This document shows positions 18,864-28,233 of a stretch of 64,000 nucleotides of DNA, one piece after another. The stretch is from Actinomycetota bacterium (GTDB lineage Bacteria > Actinomycetota > Acidimicrobiia > Acidimicrobiales > VFJN01). The first letter of the stretch is position 1; each line of letters begins with the position of its first letter. Position numbers and translations under genes: made by a program. Below the pieces are notes generated by a model. That model had not been told where the DNA came from, ran no database searches, and saw only the letters and a list, made by a program, of their open reading frames with translations. The stretch spans positions 2,590-66,589 of the forward strand of contig JBKPHE010000111.1 in the NCBI GenBank assembly GCA_046744485.1. The letters are read 5' to 3'.

Positions 18864-18954
18864 TCCCGCCGTCCGTGTGATCTGACCCGGTCGAACTCTT
18901 GGAGCATTAGCATCGGCCGTTGATGGACCACCCACCGCGCGGCGGCGCGACCCG

Positions 18955-19791
18955 ATGAGCGACCTGCCGGACCTGCTGCAGCTGACCGAGATCGGCGAGC
19001 GGCGCTATCACGTCACCCAGCCCTCGGAGTCGGCCGAGGGTCGCGACGTGGTCTTCAGCGGCCAACTGCTCGCGCAGATGATCATGGCGTCCGACCACGC
19101 GGCGGGCGGGGCCAAGGACGTGCGGTCGATTCACGCCGTGTTCCCGCGGGCCGGGACGTACGGCCAGCCGATCGAGCTGGAGGTCGAGTCGCTGCTCGCC
19201 GGGCGCACGTGGGCGAGCGACACGGTGACCGCGGTGCAGGCGGGAAGGCTGCTGAGCCGGGCCGCGGTCCTGCTGAACGTCGTCGACGAGGACCTCATGC
19301 GCCACGGGCCGCACATGCCCTCCGTCCTCGCCCCCGCGGCCCTGGAGGCGGCTCCCGGCCTGGTGTTTCCGGGTGCCGAGCTCAGGCCCGTGCCCGGCCG
19401 GCGCGAGCAGGGCGGCGTGCCGGTGGAGATGGCGTGGCACCGCTTCGAGCGACCGCTGGCCTCGCAGGCCGCCAACCAGGCCGTGCTGACGTGGGCGACC
19501 TGCGGCAGCATCATCGGTCTCGCCATGCGCCCGCACCGCGACCAGGTGCGCATCGAGAACGCTCACAAAGCGATCTCCACGGGCGTGATCGCCCACACGA
19601 TGCACTTCGTCGACCGCTTCGACGTCTCACAGTGGCTCCTCGTTCGCCACGAGGCCACCAAGGCGGCCACCGGCAGGGTGTACGGAGACGGCCGGGTGTT
19701 CACCGAGGACGGCACCCTCGTGGCCGCGTTTCACCAGGACTCCATGGCCAGAACCCCGTCCGGGCCGCTGGATGCGAAGCGGTCCATGTAA
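18955..19791 (+). CDS. acyl-CoA thioesterase II (TesB-like, double hot-dog)
   Basis: 278-aa ORF. Size and pattern (LLQLTEIGERRY..FSGQLLAQMIMAS..IHAVFPRAG) are typical of TesB. Confidence 0.8.
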   Translation: MSDLPDLLQLTEIGERRYHVTQPSESAEGRDVVFSGQLLAQMIMASDHAAGGAKDVRSIHAVFPRAGTYGQPIELEVESLLAGRTWASDTVTAVQAGRLLSRAAVLLNVVDEDLMRHGPHMPSVLAPAALEAAPGLVFPGAELRPVPGRREQGGVPVEMAWHRFERPLASQAANQAVLTWATCGSIIGLAMRPHRDQVRIENAHKAISTGVIAHTMHFVDRFDVSQWLLVRHEATKAATGRVYGDGRVFTEDGTLVAAFHQDSMARTPSGPLDAKRSM

Positions 19792-19903
19792 CGGCCGGCG
19801 CAGGCGTCGGGCGGCCGGGGCTCGGGCCCGTCGACGTCTCGTCGTCCCGAGATTCATGCAGCGACCAAATAATCCGGTTCGATGAGATGCGTACACTCGC
19901 GGC

Positions 19904-20650
19904 ATGAGCGACGCGATCCGCGCTGAGACGATCAGCATCTCGGGCCACGACGGCGACGAGATCGAGGCGTACCGGGCAATCCCGCTCGACGAGGGGCGGT
20001 ACGGCGGAGTGGTCGTGGTCCACCACATGCCCGGCTACGACCGCGCCACCAAGGAGATCGTTCGCACCTTTGCGGTCTACGGCTACAACGCGGTCTGTCC
20101 GAACCTGTTCCATCGCTACGCCCCAGGGGCGAAGGCGGCCGATGCCGCAGCTGCGGCCCGCGAGGCTGGCGGGGTGCCCGACGCCCAGTGCGTCGGCGAC
20201 GTGGCCGGCGCCGCTGAGCACCTGCGGTCGCTGCCGACCGCCAACGGCAAGATCGGTGTCATCGGGTACTGCTCGGGCGGGCGCCAGGCGTACCTCGTGG
20301 CGTGCACGCTGCCACTGGACGCAGCCGTCGACTGCTATGGCGGGCGCGTGGTCGCCGGGCCCGACGACCTGTCGCCGGCCCGCCCGGTGGCACCCATCGA
20401 TCTGACGTCGAGTCTTGGTTGCCCGCTGCTCGGCTTGTTCGGTGCCGACGACCACAATCCGTCGCCCCAGGACGTTGCCCGGATCGAGGAAGAGCTCCGC
20501 GCCCACGGCAAGACGTACGAGTTCCACTCCTACGACGGAGCGGGCCACGCCTTCTTCTCGGTCGACCGTCCGAGCTACGACGTCGACGCGACGAAGGACG
20601 GCTGGAAGCAGATCTGGCGCTGGTTCGGCCGCTATCTCTCGGCCACCTGA
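19904..20650 (+). CDS. dienelactone hydrolase family protein
   Basis: 248-aa ORF. Cys nucleophile elbow GYCSGGR and the C-terminal GAGHAF pattern. Confidence 0.8.
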   Translation: MSDAIRAETISISGHDGDEIEAYRAIPLDEGRYGGVVVVHHMPGYDRATKEIVRTFAVYGYNAVCPNLFHRYAPGAKAADAAAAAREAGGVPDAQCVGDVAGAAEHLRSLPTANGKIGVIGYCSGGRQAYLVACTLPLDAAVDCYGGRVVAGPDDLSPARPVAPIDLTSSLGCPLLGLFGADDHNPSPQDVARIEEELRAHGKTYEFHSYDGAGHAFFSVDRPSYDVDATKDGWKQIWRWFGRYLSAT

Positions 20651-20717
20651 CGGCGGCGACCGGCTCGCCGTCACCGTCTCGCGCCGGTGCCGCACGTTGC
20701 GGTCGCCGCCCAGGGGA

Positions 20718-20755
20718 AGTGCATAATGGGTGCACTGATACATGGTCCGGGACCA
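20718..20755. promoter_or_regulatory. two adjacent perfect palindromes in an A/T-richer patch upstream of the acyl-CoA ligase gene
   Basis: AGTGCA-N7-TGCACT at 20718-20736 and TGGTCC-G-GGACCA at 20743-20755. GGACC recurs twice more within the next ~50 nt. The sites lie 137-174 nt upstream of the start at 20892. Confidence 0.3.
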
Positions 20756-20891
20756 GATATCAGGCTCTTCGGACCGGGAGCCCCCATGGACCACCAGCTG
20801 CAGAAGCTCGATCCGGCGGACGTTCGCCAGGACATGCGCGGGCACGCGCTGTCTCTGTTGCCGTGAGGGGATCGGGGCGGGGGACACCACG

Positions 20892-22406
20892 TTGAACGTC
20901 GGCATGTTGCTGGAGTTGGCCGCCGAAGGCATGCCCGATCGTCTCGCCGTCGGCGCGACGGCGGACGGCATCAGCTACGCCCAGCTGTTCGAGCGGGCGC
21001 GGCGCGGGGCAGCCGTGGTGCGGGCCAACGGTGTCGAGCGCGTCGGACTGGTCGACACGAACTCTCCGGCGGTGCCGCTGCTGCTCTACGCCAGTGCCCT
21101 GGCGGGTGTCCCCTTCACCGCCGTGAACTACCGGCTGTCCGACGATCGGCTGCGGTCGGTGATCGACCGTGTAGCACCGGCGCTCGTCGTGTCCGACGAT
21201 GCCGCCCGAGCCCGGATTCGGGGTGTCCCGGGCCTCGAGCTGCTCACCCGTGACGAGCTGGACGCTCGCCTGGAGCAGGCCGAGTGTGTCTCTGATGTCG
21301 AGGTCGATAGCGACGCCGTGGCCATCTGGCTTTTCACCAGCGGCACGACCGGCGAGCCCAAGGTCGCGCTGCTGCGCCATCGGCACCTGGTTTCCTACGT
21401 GCTCTCGACGGTCGAGTTCATGGGCGCGGGCGAGGACGAAGCGACGCTCGTGAGCGTCCCGCCGTACCACGTCGCCGGTATGGCCGCCGTGCTGTCGTCG
21501 ACCTATTCGGGTCGGCGGATCGTGTACCTGCCCCAGTTCGACCCGGACGAGTGGGTGTGCCTCGCCGAGGAGGAGGCGGTGACCCACGCCATGGTGGTCC
21601 CCACGATGCTGGTAAGGCTGCTCGACGCCATGGAGGAGCACGGCACCACCCTTCCGTCCCTCAGGCACCTTTCCTACGGTGGTGGGCGCATGCCGGTGGC
21701 CGTGATCGAGCGGGCGATGAACCGGCTGCCGCACGTCGGGTTCGTCAACGCCTACGGCCTCACCGAGGCCAGCAGCACCGTCGCAGTGCTCGGTCCCGAC
21801 GATCATCGGGCCGCGTACGGGAGCGACGATCCCGCGGTCCGGATCCGGCTCGGCTCGGTGGGCCGGCCGCTGCCCACGCTCGAGCTCGAGATCCGTGATC
21901 CCTTGGGCACGGTCCTCCCGCCCGGTGAGACCGGCGAGATCCACGTTCGGGGCGAGCAGATCGCCGGCGAGTACCTCGGCCGCGAGGTCCTGACACCCGA
22001 CGGGTGGTTCCCCACCAACGACTCCGGGCACCTCGACGAGGAGGGGTTCCTGTTCGTCGAGGGGCGGCTCGACGACGTCATCGTCCGGGGTGGAGAGAAC
22101 ATGTCGCCCGGTGAGATCGAGGACGTGCTGCTCCGGCACCCCGCGGTGGCCGAGGCGGGGGTGACCGGGGTTCCGGACGACGAGTGGGGCGAGGTGGCTG
22201 CGGCCGCAGTCGTCTTGGAGCCCGGCGCGAGCACGACCCAAGCCGAGCTGCAGGCATGGGTGCGTGAACGGTTGCGTTCCTCACGGATGCCGGTCGTGGT
22301 GGATGTGCGCCCGGCGTTGCCCTACAACGAGACCGGCAAGCTGCTGCGGCGTGTGCTGAAGGACGAGCTGGGCCGGCTGGCCGGCTCGAAGTTGACCCCG
22401 ACCTGA
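20892..22406 (+). CDS. AMP-dependent acyl-CoA synthetase/ligase (FadD-like)
   Basis: TTG at 20892 (ATG 20904 is an alternative) gives the typical MNVGMLLELAAEG N-terminus. AMP-binding motif LFTSGTTGEPKV and C-terminal GKLLRRVL. Confidence 0.85.
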   Translation: MNVGMLLELAAEGMPDRLAVGATADGISYAQLFERARRGAAVVRANGVERVGLVDTNSPAVPLLLYASALAGVPFTAVNYRLSDDRLRSVIDRVAPALVVSDDAARARIRGVPGLELLTRDELDARLEQAECVSDVEVDSDAVAIWLFTSGTTGEPKVALLRHRHLVSYVLSTVEFMGAGEDEATLVSVPPYHVAGMAAVLSSTYSGRRIVYLPQFDPDEWVCLAEEEAVTHAMVVPTMLVRLLDAMEEHGTTLPSLRHLSYGGGRMPVAVIERAMNRLPHVGFVNAYGLTEASSTVAVLGPDDHRAAYGSDDPAVRIRLGSVGRPLPTLELEIRDPLGTVLPPGETGEIHVRGEQIAGEYLGREVLTPDGWFPTNDSGHLDEEGFLFVEGRLDDVIVRGGENMSPGEIEDVLLRHPAVAEAGVTGVPDDEWGEVAAAAVVLEPGASTTQAELQAWVRERLRSSRMPVVVDVRPALPYNETGKLLRRVLKDELGRLAGSKLTPT

Positions 22407-22441
22407 CGGCCCAGGGCGACCCGAATGCGCCCCGGCGTCGC

Positions 22442-23275
22442 CTATCGCGCGGACAGGTCCAGCACCGAGGCGATGGTCCGCATGCCCGCCAACCACGCGT
22501 CCGCGTCGCCGCGCTCGGGGGCGGCGACGACGTGTTGAACACCCGCCGCTTCGTAGGCCTCGCACTGGGCCCGTATCTCGTCGGGCTCCATGGTGTTGCC
22601 GTCCCAGGGCACACGCAGGGAGATCGTGAACGCGTCGTCGGGCCGTGAGGCGCGGATCCGCTCGACCAACGCCTTGGCGTCGTCCGGCTGGACGCCCACG
22701 CCGTGGAACCCGTCGGCCCTGGTCGTCGCCCTCCGGAAGGCCCCGTCGCTCCTGCCGCCCACCCAGACGGAAATGTCGTGTGCCGGCTTCGGCAGCACCC
22801 GCATGTCGCTGAAGGAGTAGTACCGACCGTCGTGCGTCGCGGGATCGTCGCTCCAGGCCGTGTGGAACAGATCGATGATCTCGTCGAGGCGGGCACCGCG
22901 GTGGTCAAAGGGTGCGTGGAGCGCCTGGTACTCGGCCGCTGACCATCCGATGCCCACGCCCACGGTGAGCCGGCCCCGGCTCATGTTGTCGAGCGACGCG
23001 AGGGAGTTGGCCAGGGCCAGCGGGCTCGGATACTGCGGCCCGACGAGCACGCTCGTCCCGAGTCCGACCGCCGACGTGGTTGCGGCGGCGAACGTCAACG
23101 CGATCAGCGGGTCGTAGAGGTACGGCGACGGGTAGGGCTGGTCCTTGGGTACCACCAGGTGGTCGCTGACCCACACGTCGTCGAACCCGAGCGCTTCGGC
23201 CAGCCGGGCGGCCTGTTCCACGGTCCCGGCGACGGCGGCCCGGCCGAACTGCGGGAGGTGGATGCCGACGCGCAT
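22442..23275 (-). CDS. LLM-class F420-dependent oxidoreductase
   Basis: 277-aa ORF. MRVGIHLPQFG, LGFDDVWVSDHL and LDNMSRGRLTVGVGIGW. Confidence 0.8.
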   Translation of the reverse strand: MRVGIHLPQFGRAAVAGTVEQAARLAEALGFDDVWVSDHLVVPKDQPYPSPYLYDPLIALTFAAATTSAVGLGTSVLVGPQYPSPLALANSLASLDNMSRGRLTVGVGIGWSAAEYQALHAPFDHRGARLDEIIDLFHTAWSDDPATHDGRYYSFSDMRVLPKPAHDISVWVGGRSDGAFRRATTRADGFHGVGVQPDDAKALVERIRASRPDDAFTISLRVPWDGNTMEPDEIRAQCEAYEAAGVQHVVAAPERGDADAWLAGMRTIASVLDLSAR

Positions 23276-23492
23276 GGGTGGATGGTAACGAACGGTCGGG
23301 ACGAATTCCGACTCCGTCTACATACGAGCGAGACGCGGCGGCGACCCCGGCGTAGTCCTTTCGTGGAGGAGAACGACTCCGACCAGAGGGTTTGTGGATG
23401 CTGGCTGAATCCTCTGTCGCGCGTCGGCGGTATGTCATGGCAGGCAATGCGGCCGGCTCACATGCACCGATCTTCGAGGCAGGGAGGATCTG

Positions 23493-24020
23493 ATGAGCTT
23501 CACATCGCGTCCCATCGCACTGGCAGCGGTGACGCTCGGCCTGTTCGGGTTGCTCGGCTTGGCGGCCTGCGGCGACGATGACGACGACTCGACGACGGCC
23601 ACCTCGGCGGCCGACACGACCGAGCCCGCCGACACCACCGAGTCCACGGAGGCTGCGGCCCCGGCCGCGGGCGCATCCACGGTGGCGACGGCAGACACCG
23701 ACCTTGGCACCATCCTCGTCGATGGCGAAGGCAGGACGGTGTACCTGTTCATGCCGGACGCCCAGGGAACCAGCACGTGCGTCGACTCCTGCGCGGCCAC
23801 CTGGCCGGCGTTGCCGGGTCCCGCCACCGCGGGCGTGGGCGTCGACGGGGCCCTCCTCGACACCGCGGACCGCCCCGACGACGGTTCGGCGCAGGTCACC
23901 TACAACGGCTGGCCGCTGTACCACTTCGCCAGCGACGCAGCCCCGGGCGACACCAATGGCCAGGGCATCGGCGACATCTGGTTCGTCGTCGACCCCAGCG
24001 GCAACGCTGTCACCAGCTGA
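23493..24020 (+). CDS. secreted lipoprotein of the Yx(FWY)xxD-repeat (COG4315-like) family
   Basis: Lipobox LGLAAC, an acidic Thr-rich linker, RTVYLFMPDAQG..CVDSCAATWPA and WPLYHFASDAAPGD. GGGAGGA lies before the ATG. Paralogue of 13324-13863. Confidence 0.8.
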   Translation: MSFTSRPIALAAVTLGLFGLLGLAACGDDDDDSTTATSAADTTEPADTTESTEAAAPAAGASTVATADTDLGTILVDGEGRTVYLFMPDAQGTSTCVDSCAATWPALPGPATAGVGVDGALLDTADRPDDGSAQVTYNGWPLYHFASDAAPGDTNGQGIGDIWFVVDPSGNAVTS

Positions 24021-24088
24021 GATACTTTGGCGCCGCATCCAGGCGGACACCTGCGACCGGAGGCGCTGGGTTCCACCCTTCGGCGGGC

Positions 24089-24153
24089 GAGGTCATGGGT
24101 CTCACGTCCGGAACCCATGACCTCCGGCTCGGTCCTTCCGAACCCATGACCTC
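24089..24153. repeat. three copies of a 12-nt motif (one inverted, two direct) between convergent genes
   Basis: GAGGTCATGGGT at 24089-24100 is the exact reverse complement of ACCCATGACCTC at 24113-24124 and again at 24142-24153. Both direct copies are preceded by CCG(G)AA. Confidence 0.6.
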
Positions 24154-24200
24154 GGGTCGCACCACTGCTGGGTCGGCCGTAGTGAGTGGTCCGGGCCGGA

Positions 24201-25037
24201 TCACTCCGCGGGCTCGAACCGCCAACGATCGCCGTCGCGCAGGATCGTTCCGCCGCCGGGCGCTTCGAACAGAGGCGCGATCAACAGCAGATCCTCGCGG
24301 AGGCAGCGCTCGAGCAGCGCGCGCCTCGTCGTCCGCACCGCCTCCGGGTCGTAGTCGAGCTCGGCGACCTCGGGATCGGCGATCTGTGCCGGGTGCAGGA
24401 AGAGGTGCCCGGTGATGACGGCCTCGGGTGGGTCGCCGACGTAGACACCGAAGTGACCGGGATTGTGCCCGGGGAGCGGATCGAGGACGACACCCGGCGC
24501 GGGCTGGATGCGGTCGTCGTAGCGCTCGAGGAGCCCGGCGCGCTCGACGTCGAGGAGCCCTTCGGCTCCGGGCCGCTGGCCATTCACCAATGCGGTCATC
24601 TCGATACCCGGCACCAGGTAGCGCGCATGTCCGAACGCCGGCGCGCCGGTCGTCGGGTCGACGTTGGCCCCCACGCCGTCGATGTGCGAGTTGATCACGA
24701 TGTCAACGTCGTTGGCACTCCACCCGGCCGCCCCGAGGGCCTCCAGGCGCGCCGTGAACCGGGCGGCATCGTCGAATGCGAGCCAGGGATCGACGACCAC
24801 CGTGTACGTGCCGTTGGCGAGGACCATGGCGCTCGACCCGATGCGCAGCGCCCAGTCATCGGTGACGAATCTCGGGTGGAGCCACGGCGATCGCTGCAGG
24901 GCCACCCGCGTCTCGTCGTCCTGGGGAAGCACCAGTTCGAAGCCCGGGTCGGCGACCCGGGTGATCGCCCAGCCGCCAGCGTGCCAGCATTGCACGACCA
25001 GACGGTAGGGGATCCGTGCGGCCACCGACGTCCCCAT
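24201..25037 (-). CDS. MBL-fold protein with degenerate metal-binding motif
   Basis: 278-aa ORF. The HxHxDH position reads NSHIDGVG. The downstream PLPGHNPGHFGVYV matches the MBL-fold pattern. Confidence 0.5.
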   Translation of the reverse strand: MGTSVAARIPYRLVVQCWHAGGWAITRVADPGFELVLPQDDETRVALQRSPWLHPRFVTDDWALRIGSSAMVLANGTYTVVVDPWLAFDDAARFTARLEALGAAGWSANDVDIVINSHIDGVGANVDPTTGAPAFGHARYLVPGIEMTALVNGQRPGAEGLLDVERAGLLERYDDRIQPAPGVVLDPLPGHNPGHFGVYVGDPPEAVITGHLFLHPAQIADPEVAELDYDPEAVRTTRRALLERCLREDLLLIAPLFEAPGGGTILRDGDRWRFEPAE

Positions 25038-25149
25038 ATCGTCGGGGTCATGGTCGGCGGGCCGACTCCCACGCGACGTGGGAGGCCCGCACCCTCGCCC
25101 CCAGCGCTTCCCATGCCCGGTCGCTGACGGGCGAGACGTCGAGGCCGAA

Positions 25150-25658
25150 GAGGCCAGTCACCGATGGCGCCTGGCGTCTCGGCCAGCACCACGGCGAACG
25201 GGCCCTGGCGATACTCGCCGGCGAGCAGGGGAACGGGCTCGTGCAGGGCGTCGCCGAGGCCGGCGTCGACGTACCAGCTCCCGTCGGGGTTCGTGTCGGT
25301 CGGAAGACCGTGGACCGTCAGGACGAGGTGGTTGGCCATGCTGTCCTCGTTCGGGCCATCACGACCGTGCACGCCACCCACGTGGCACGCCACGTCGTAG
25401 CCGAGCGACAGGAGCAGCCCGGCGAACGCGCCGTTGAGGTGGTAGCAGTACCCGCCTCGCCCGGGTCGCGATCCGCGCCACCGACTCGCCGACACCGATG
25501 CCCCAGCGCTCCCCGAGGTGGATCCACAGCGTCTCGTACGGCACGCGCTCGACATGAGCGCGATGTAGCCGGAACAGCCCCGCCACCGAGGGTGGTTCGG
25601 CCTCGAGGCCAAGCCTGGCCAGGTAGGCAGCCTGATCCGTCTGGGAGATAACGGCCAC
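25150..25658 (-). pseudogene. arylamine N-acetyltransferase (NAT), frameshifted and C-terminally truncated
   Basis: The N-terminal NAT sequence (QTDQAAYLARLGLEAEPPSVAGLFRLHRAHVERVPYETLWIHLGE) is in the frame of ORF 25359-25721. The catalytic-Cys region (GRGGYCYHLNGAFAGLLLSLGYDV...) is in the frame of ORF 24695-25612. The frame switch lies within about 25450-25472, and similarity stops near 25155. Confidence 0.65.
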
Positions 25659-25665
25659 AGGCGGA

Positions 25666-26043
25666 CTAGCTGCCGGACACGATCCGGTGTGCGATCTGGA
25701 ACATGTTGCCGAACGGATCACGGACCATCGCCCGTCGGTCGCCGTACGGGGTGTCGAGTGGCTCCTCCATGGCCACCGCGCCCGCTTCGATCGCCCGGAA
25801 ATACGTGCGGTCCGCGTCGTCGACGTAGACGTAGAGGAATGCCGGGAACGGCTCGCGGGCGCCCGCGGACGTCACCATGACGAGCGAGTCGCCGATGCGG
25901 ACCTCGGCCGGCCGATCGGCCAGGACCTCGCCAGAGGCGCCGAACACCGCCCGCAGGAACTCGACCTGCGCTGCAGCATCGGCCACCACCATGCGGGGCG
26001 TCACCGAGTGAAACCCACTGGGCGGACGGCGTTCGGCAGTCAT
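25666..26043 (-). CDS. VOC (glyoxalase/bleomycin-resistance/PhnB-like) family protein
   Basis: ATG at 26043 within the 258-aa tracked ORF. The 125-aa product ends with TPYGDRRAMVRDPFGNMFQI, typical of the VOC fold. Confidence 0.75.
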   Translation of the reverse strand: MTAERRPPSGFHSVTPRMVVADAAAQVEFLRAVFGASGEVLADRPAEVRIGDSLVMVTSAGAREPFPAFLYVYVDDADRTYFRAIEAGAVAMEEPLDTPYGDRRAMVRDPFGNMFQIAHRIVSGS

Positions 26044-26240
26044 CGGGTCACTCTCGCACCCAACCGGTGCGGTAGCGCAAGAGGATGATGCCGGAGGTGG
26101 ACGCAAGAATCTCGGCGAGCTCCAGCTCGGGGCGCTCGGCCGCCCCTCGTAGGGCCGGCGACCGTGGCCCAGCACATGCCACGCTGTCTGGAGACGGAGA
26201 CCTGCGCGCGAACTCATCGGTGGATCGATGACCGGAAAGC

Positions 26241-26690
26241 ATGGGGGTGAACCAGCCTGAGGAGGATCGACTCGGTCGCCTGGCGCGCGCGTCGTCGCTC
26301 GCATTGGGTGCGACCGAATACGCGGATGTCCCGTCCGCCGTGCTCGCCGAGCTGCGGTCGGTGTGCCTCGGGCTGCCCGAGACGGCCGAGAAGCAGGTCT
26401 GGGCGGGGACCCAATGGCGGGTTCGCAACCGGATGTTCGCACACGTCCTCAGCGTCGACTTCGAGGATGGCCCGGTCACCGTGATGACATTCCGATCCAC
26501 GGGCCCGGAGCTCGACGCACTTCGCGGCGCGGGTCATCGGTTCTTCCGGACCGCGTGGGGAGCCAACCTGGTGGGCATGGTGCTCGACGCCGGCGTGAAC
26601 TGGGACGAGGTCACCGAGCTCGTCATCGAGAGCTACTGCGTCCTCGCCCCCAGGAAGTTGGTCGAGCAGATCGACAGACCCGGCGACTGA
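26241..26690 (+). CDS. MmcQ/YjbR family DNA-binding protein
   Basis: 149-aa ORF. LAELRSVCLGLPETAEKQVWAGTQWRVRNRMFAHV fits the YjbR-type pattern. Confidence 0.65.
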   Translation: MGVNQPEEDRLGRLARASSLALGATEYADVPSAVLAELRSVCLGLPETAEKQVWAGTQWRVRNRMFAHVLSVDFEDGPVTVMTFRSTGPELDALRGAGHRFFRTAWGANLVGMVLDAGVNWDEVTELVIESYCVLAPRKLVEQIDRPGD

Positions 26691-26838
26691 CGGGCCGCGA
26701 CGAGTGGCTGTGGTCGCATGGCCCCGATGCTACGGAGGAGCGGCCCGAGCATGCGCGCGGCCCCGAGCCGCCGGCATGGCTGGGCAAGTGCGCAACATTT
26801 GGGCGGAGTCCATATCTTTCGCATAGCATCCGGAGGCT

Positions 26839-28137
26839 GTGACGGCGACATCGGAGAGCGACCTGGACGTCGTGCTCGGCGAGTTGACCACGTGGTTGGA
26901 GGCCAACTGGGATCCGGAGCAGTCGCTGCGCGAGTGGTGGCGCCGGTTGGGCGAGGCGGGGTGGGCCCAGCCCCACTGGCCCCGGGAGTGGTACGGACGG
27001 GGGTTGTCGCGCGCCGACGGGCTGGCGGTATCGGTGGCGATCCAGCGGTTCGGCGCGGTCCCCGGTCCGGTCGGGTTCGCGACCGGGATGGCGGGTCCGA
27101 CGCTCCTCGTCCACGGCACCGACGACCAGAAGCGACGGCATCTGCGGGGGATGGTCACCGGCAGCGACGGGTACTGCCAACTGTTCAGCGAACCGAACGC
27201 GGGATCCGACCTTGCAGGGCTCCAGACCGTTGCGGCTCTGGACGGTGACGACTGGGTCGTCAATGGTCAGAAGGTGTGGACGTCGGGCGGACAGGTCGCC
27301 AACAAGGCGATGCTGGTCGCACGCACGAACGTGGAGGTGCCCAAGCACGCTGGGATCTCCTACTTCATCATTCGCATGGACCAACCCGGCATCGAGGTTC
27401 GTCCTCTCCGGGAGATGACCGGCCGCCGCTTCTTCAACGAGGTGTTCATCACCGACGCTCGTGTGCCCGTCGATGACCTGATCGGAGGCGAGGGCAAGGG
27501 GTGGACGGTGGCCAATACGACCCTCGCGTTCGAGCGGGCGCTCTCGGCGGGCGGGGGCGCGACCACCACCGCGAGGCCGGGGCCGATCGCGGGCGATCTC
27601 GACCGTCCCACCGCCGCCTTCGTCGTCGCTCCGGACGCGGACTCGCCGCCGGTCGCCTCGCGGCTGGGCGGCTGGCCGCGCCTCGCCGAACTGGCCCGCG
27701 AGGTCGGGCGCACGTCCGATCCGGTCGTTCGCCAGGGTCTGGTCCGGCTCTACACCTTCGAGCGGCTCTTGGCGCTGACCAGCCGGCGGGCCCGCGCCCT
27801 GCAGGAGTCCGGCGCGGAGCTGCCCGGACTGCCGAACCTCGCCAAGATGGCGCAGAATCACGCGATCCGCCTGGGTCGTGACCTGACCTTCGCGATCCTC
27901 CAGGCCGCGGGGACGCTCCACGGCTACGACCCGCGGACCGTGGCGGCCGCCGAGGCGGTGACCGGCGTCGCCGATCTCGGCGCACTCATGGAGGGCGCGC
28001 TCTTCGCCCAGGGGCCGCCGATCTACGGGGGGTCCGACCAGATCCAGCGCAACATCGTGGGTGAGCGCGTTCTGGGCCTGCCCCGGGAGCCGAGCGCCGA
28101 CCGGGGCGTGCCGTTCCGCGACCTTCCCAAGAACTGA
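26839..28137 (+). CDS. acyl-CoA dehydrogenase family protein
   Basis: 432-aa ORF. LFSEPNAGSDLAG, WVVNGQKVWTSG and C-terminal IYGGSDQIQRNIVGERVLGLP. Confidence 0.85.
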   Translation: MTATSESDLDVVLGELTTWLEANWDPEQSLREWWRRLGEAGWAQPHWPREWYGRGLSRADGLAVSVAIQRFGAVPGPVGFATGMAGPTLLVHGTDDQKRRHLRGMVTGSDGYCQLFSEPNAGSDLAGLQTVAALDGDDWVVNGQKVWTSGGQVANKAMLVARTNVEVPKHAGISYFIIRMDQPGIEVRPLREMTGRRFFNEVFITDARVPVDDLIGGEGKGWTVANTTLAFERALSAGGGATTTARPGPIAGDLDRPTAAFVVAPDADSPPVASRLGGWPRLAELAREVGRTSDPVVRQGLVRLYTFERLLALTSRRARALQESGAELPGLPNLAKMAQNHAIRLGRDLTFAILQAAGTLHGYDPRTVAAAEAVTGVADLGALMEGALFAQGPPIYGGSDQIQRNIVGERVLGLPREPSADRGVPFRDLPKN

Positions 28138-28233
28138 TGGCACGAGGACGTGGCCGGTCCGGCCGGTTTGCCGAGCGCCGGCCGCCGGCTCTCCGAGCGG
28201 ACGACGTCGCGTAGCGCGGCCGAAGGCGCGTGG

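Noticed and set aside
19860-19903. TACACT hexamer 6 nt before the dienelactone hydrolase ATG, considered as the -10 of a leaderless promoter.
   Set aside because: No acceptable -35 element lies at 16-19 nt spacing. A single hexamer match is not evidence.
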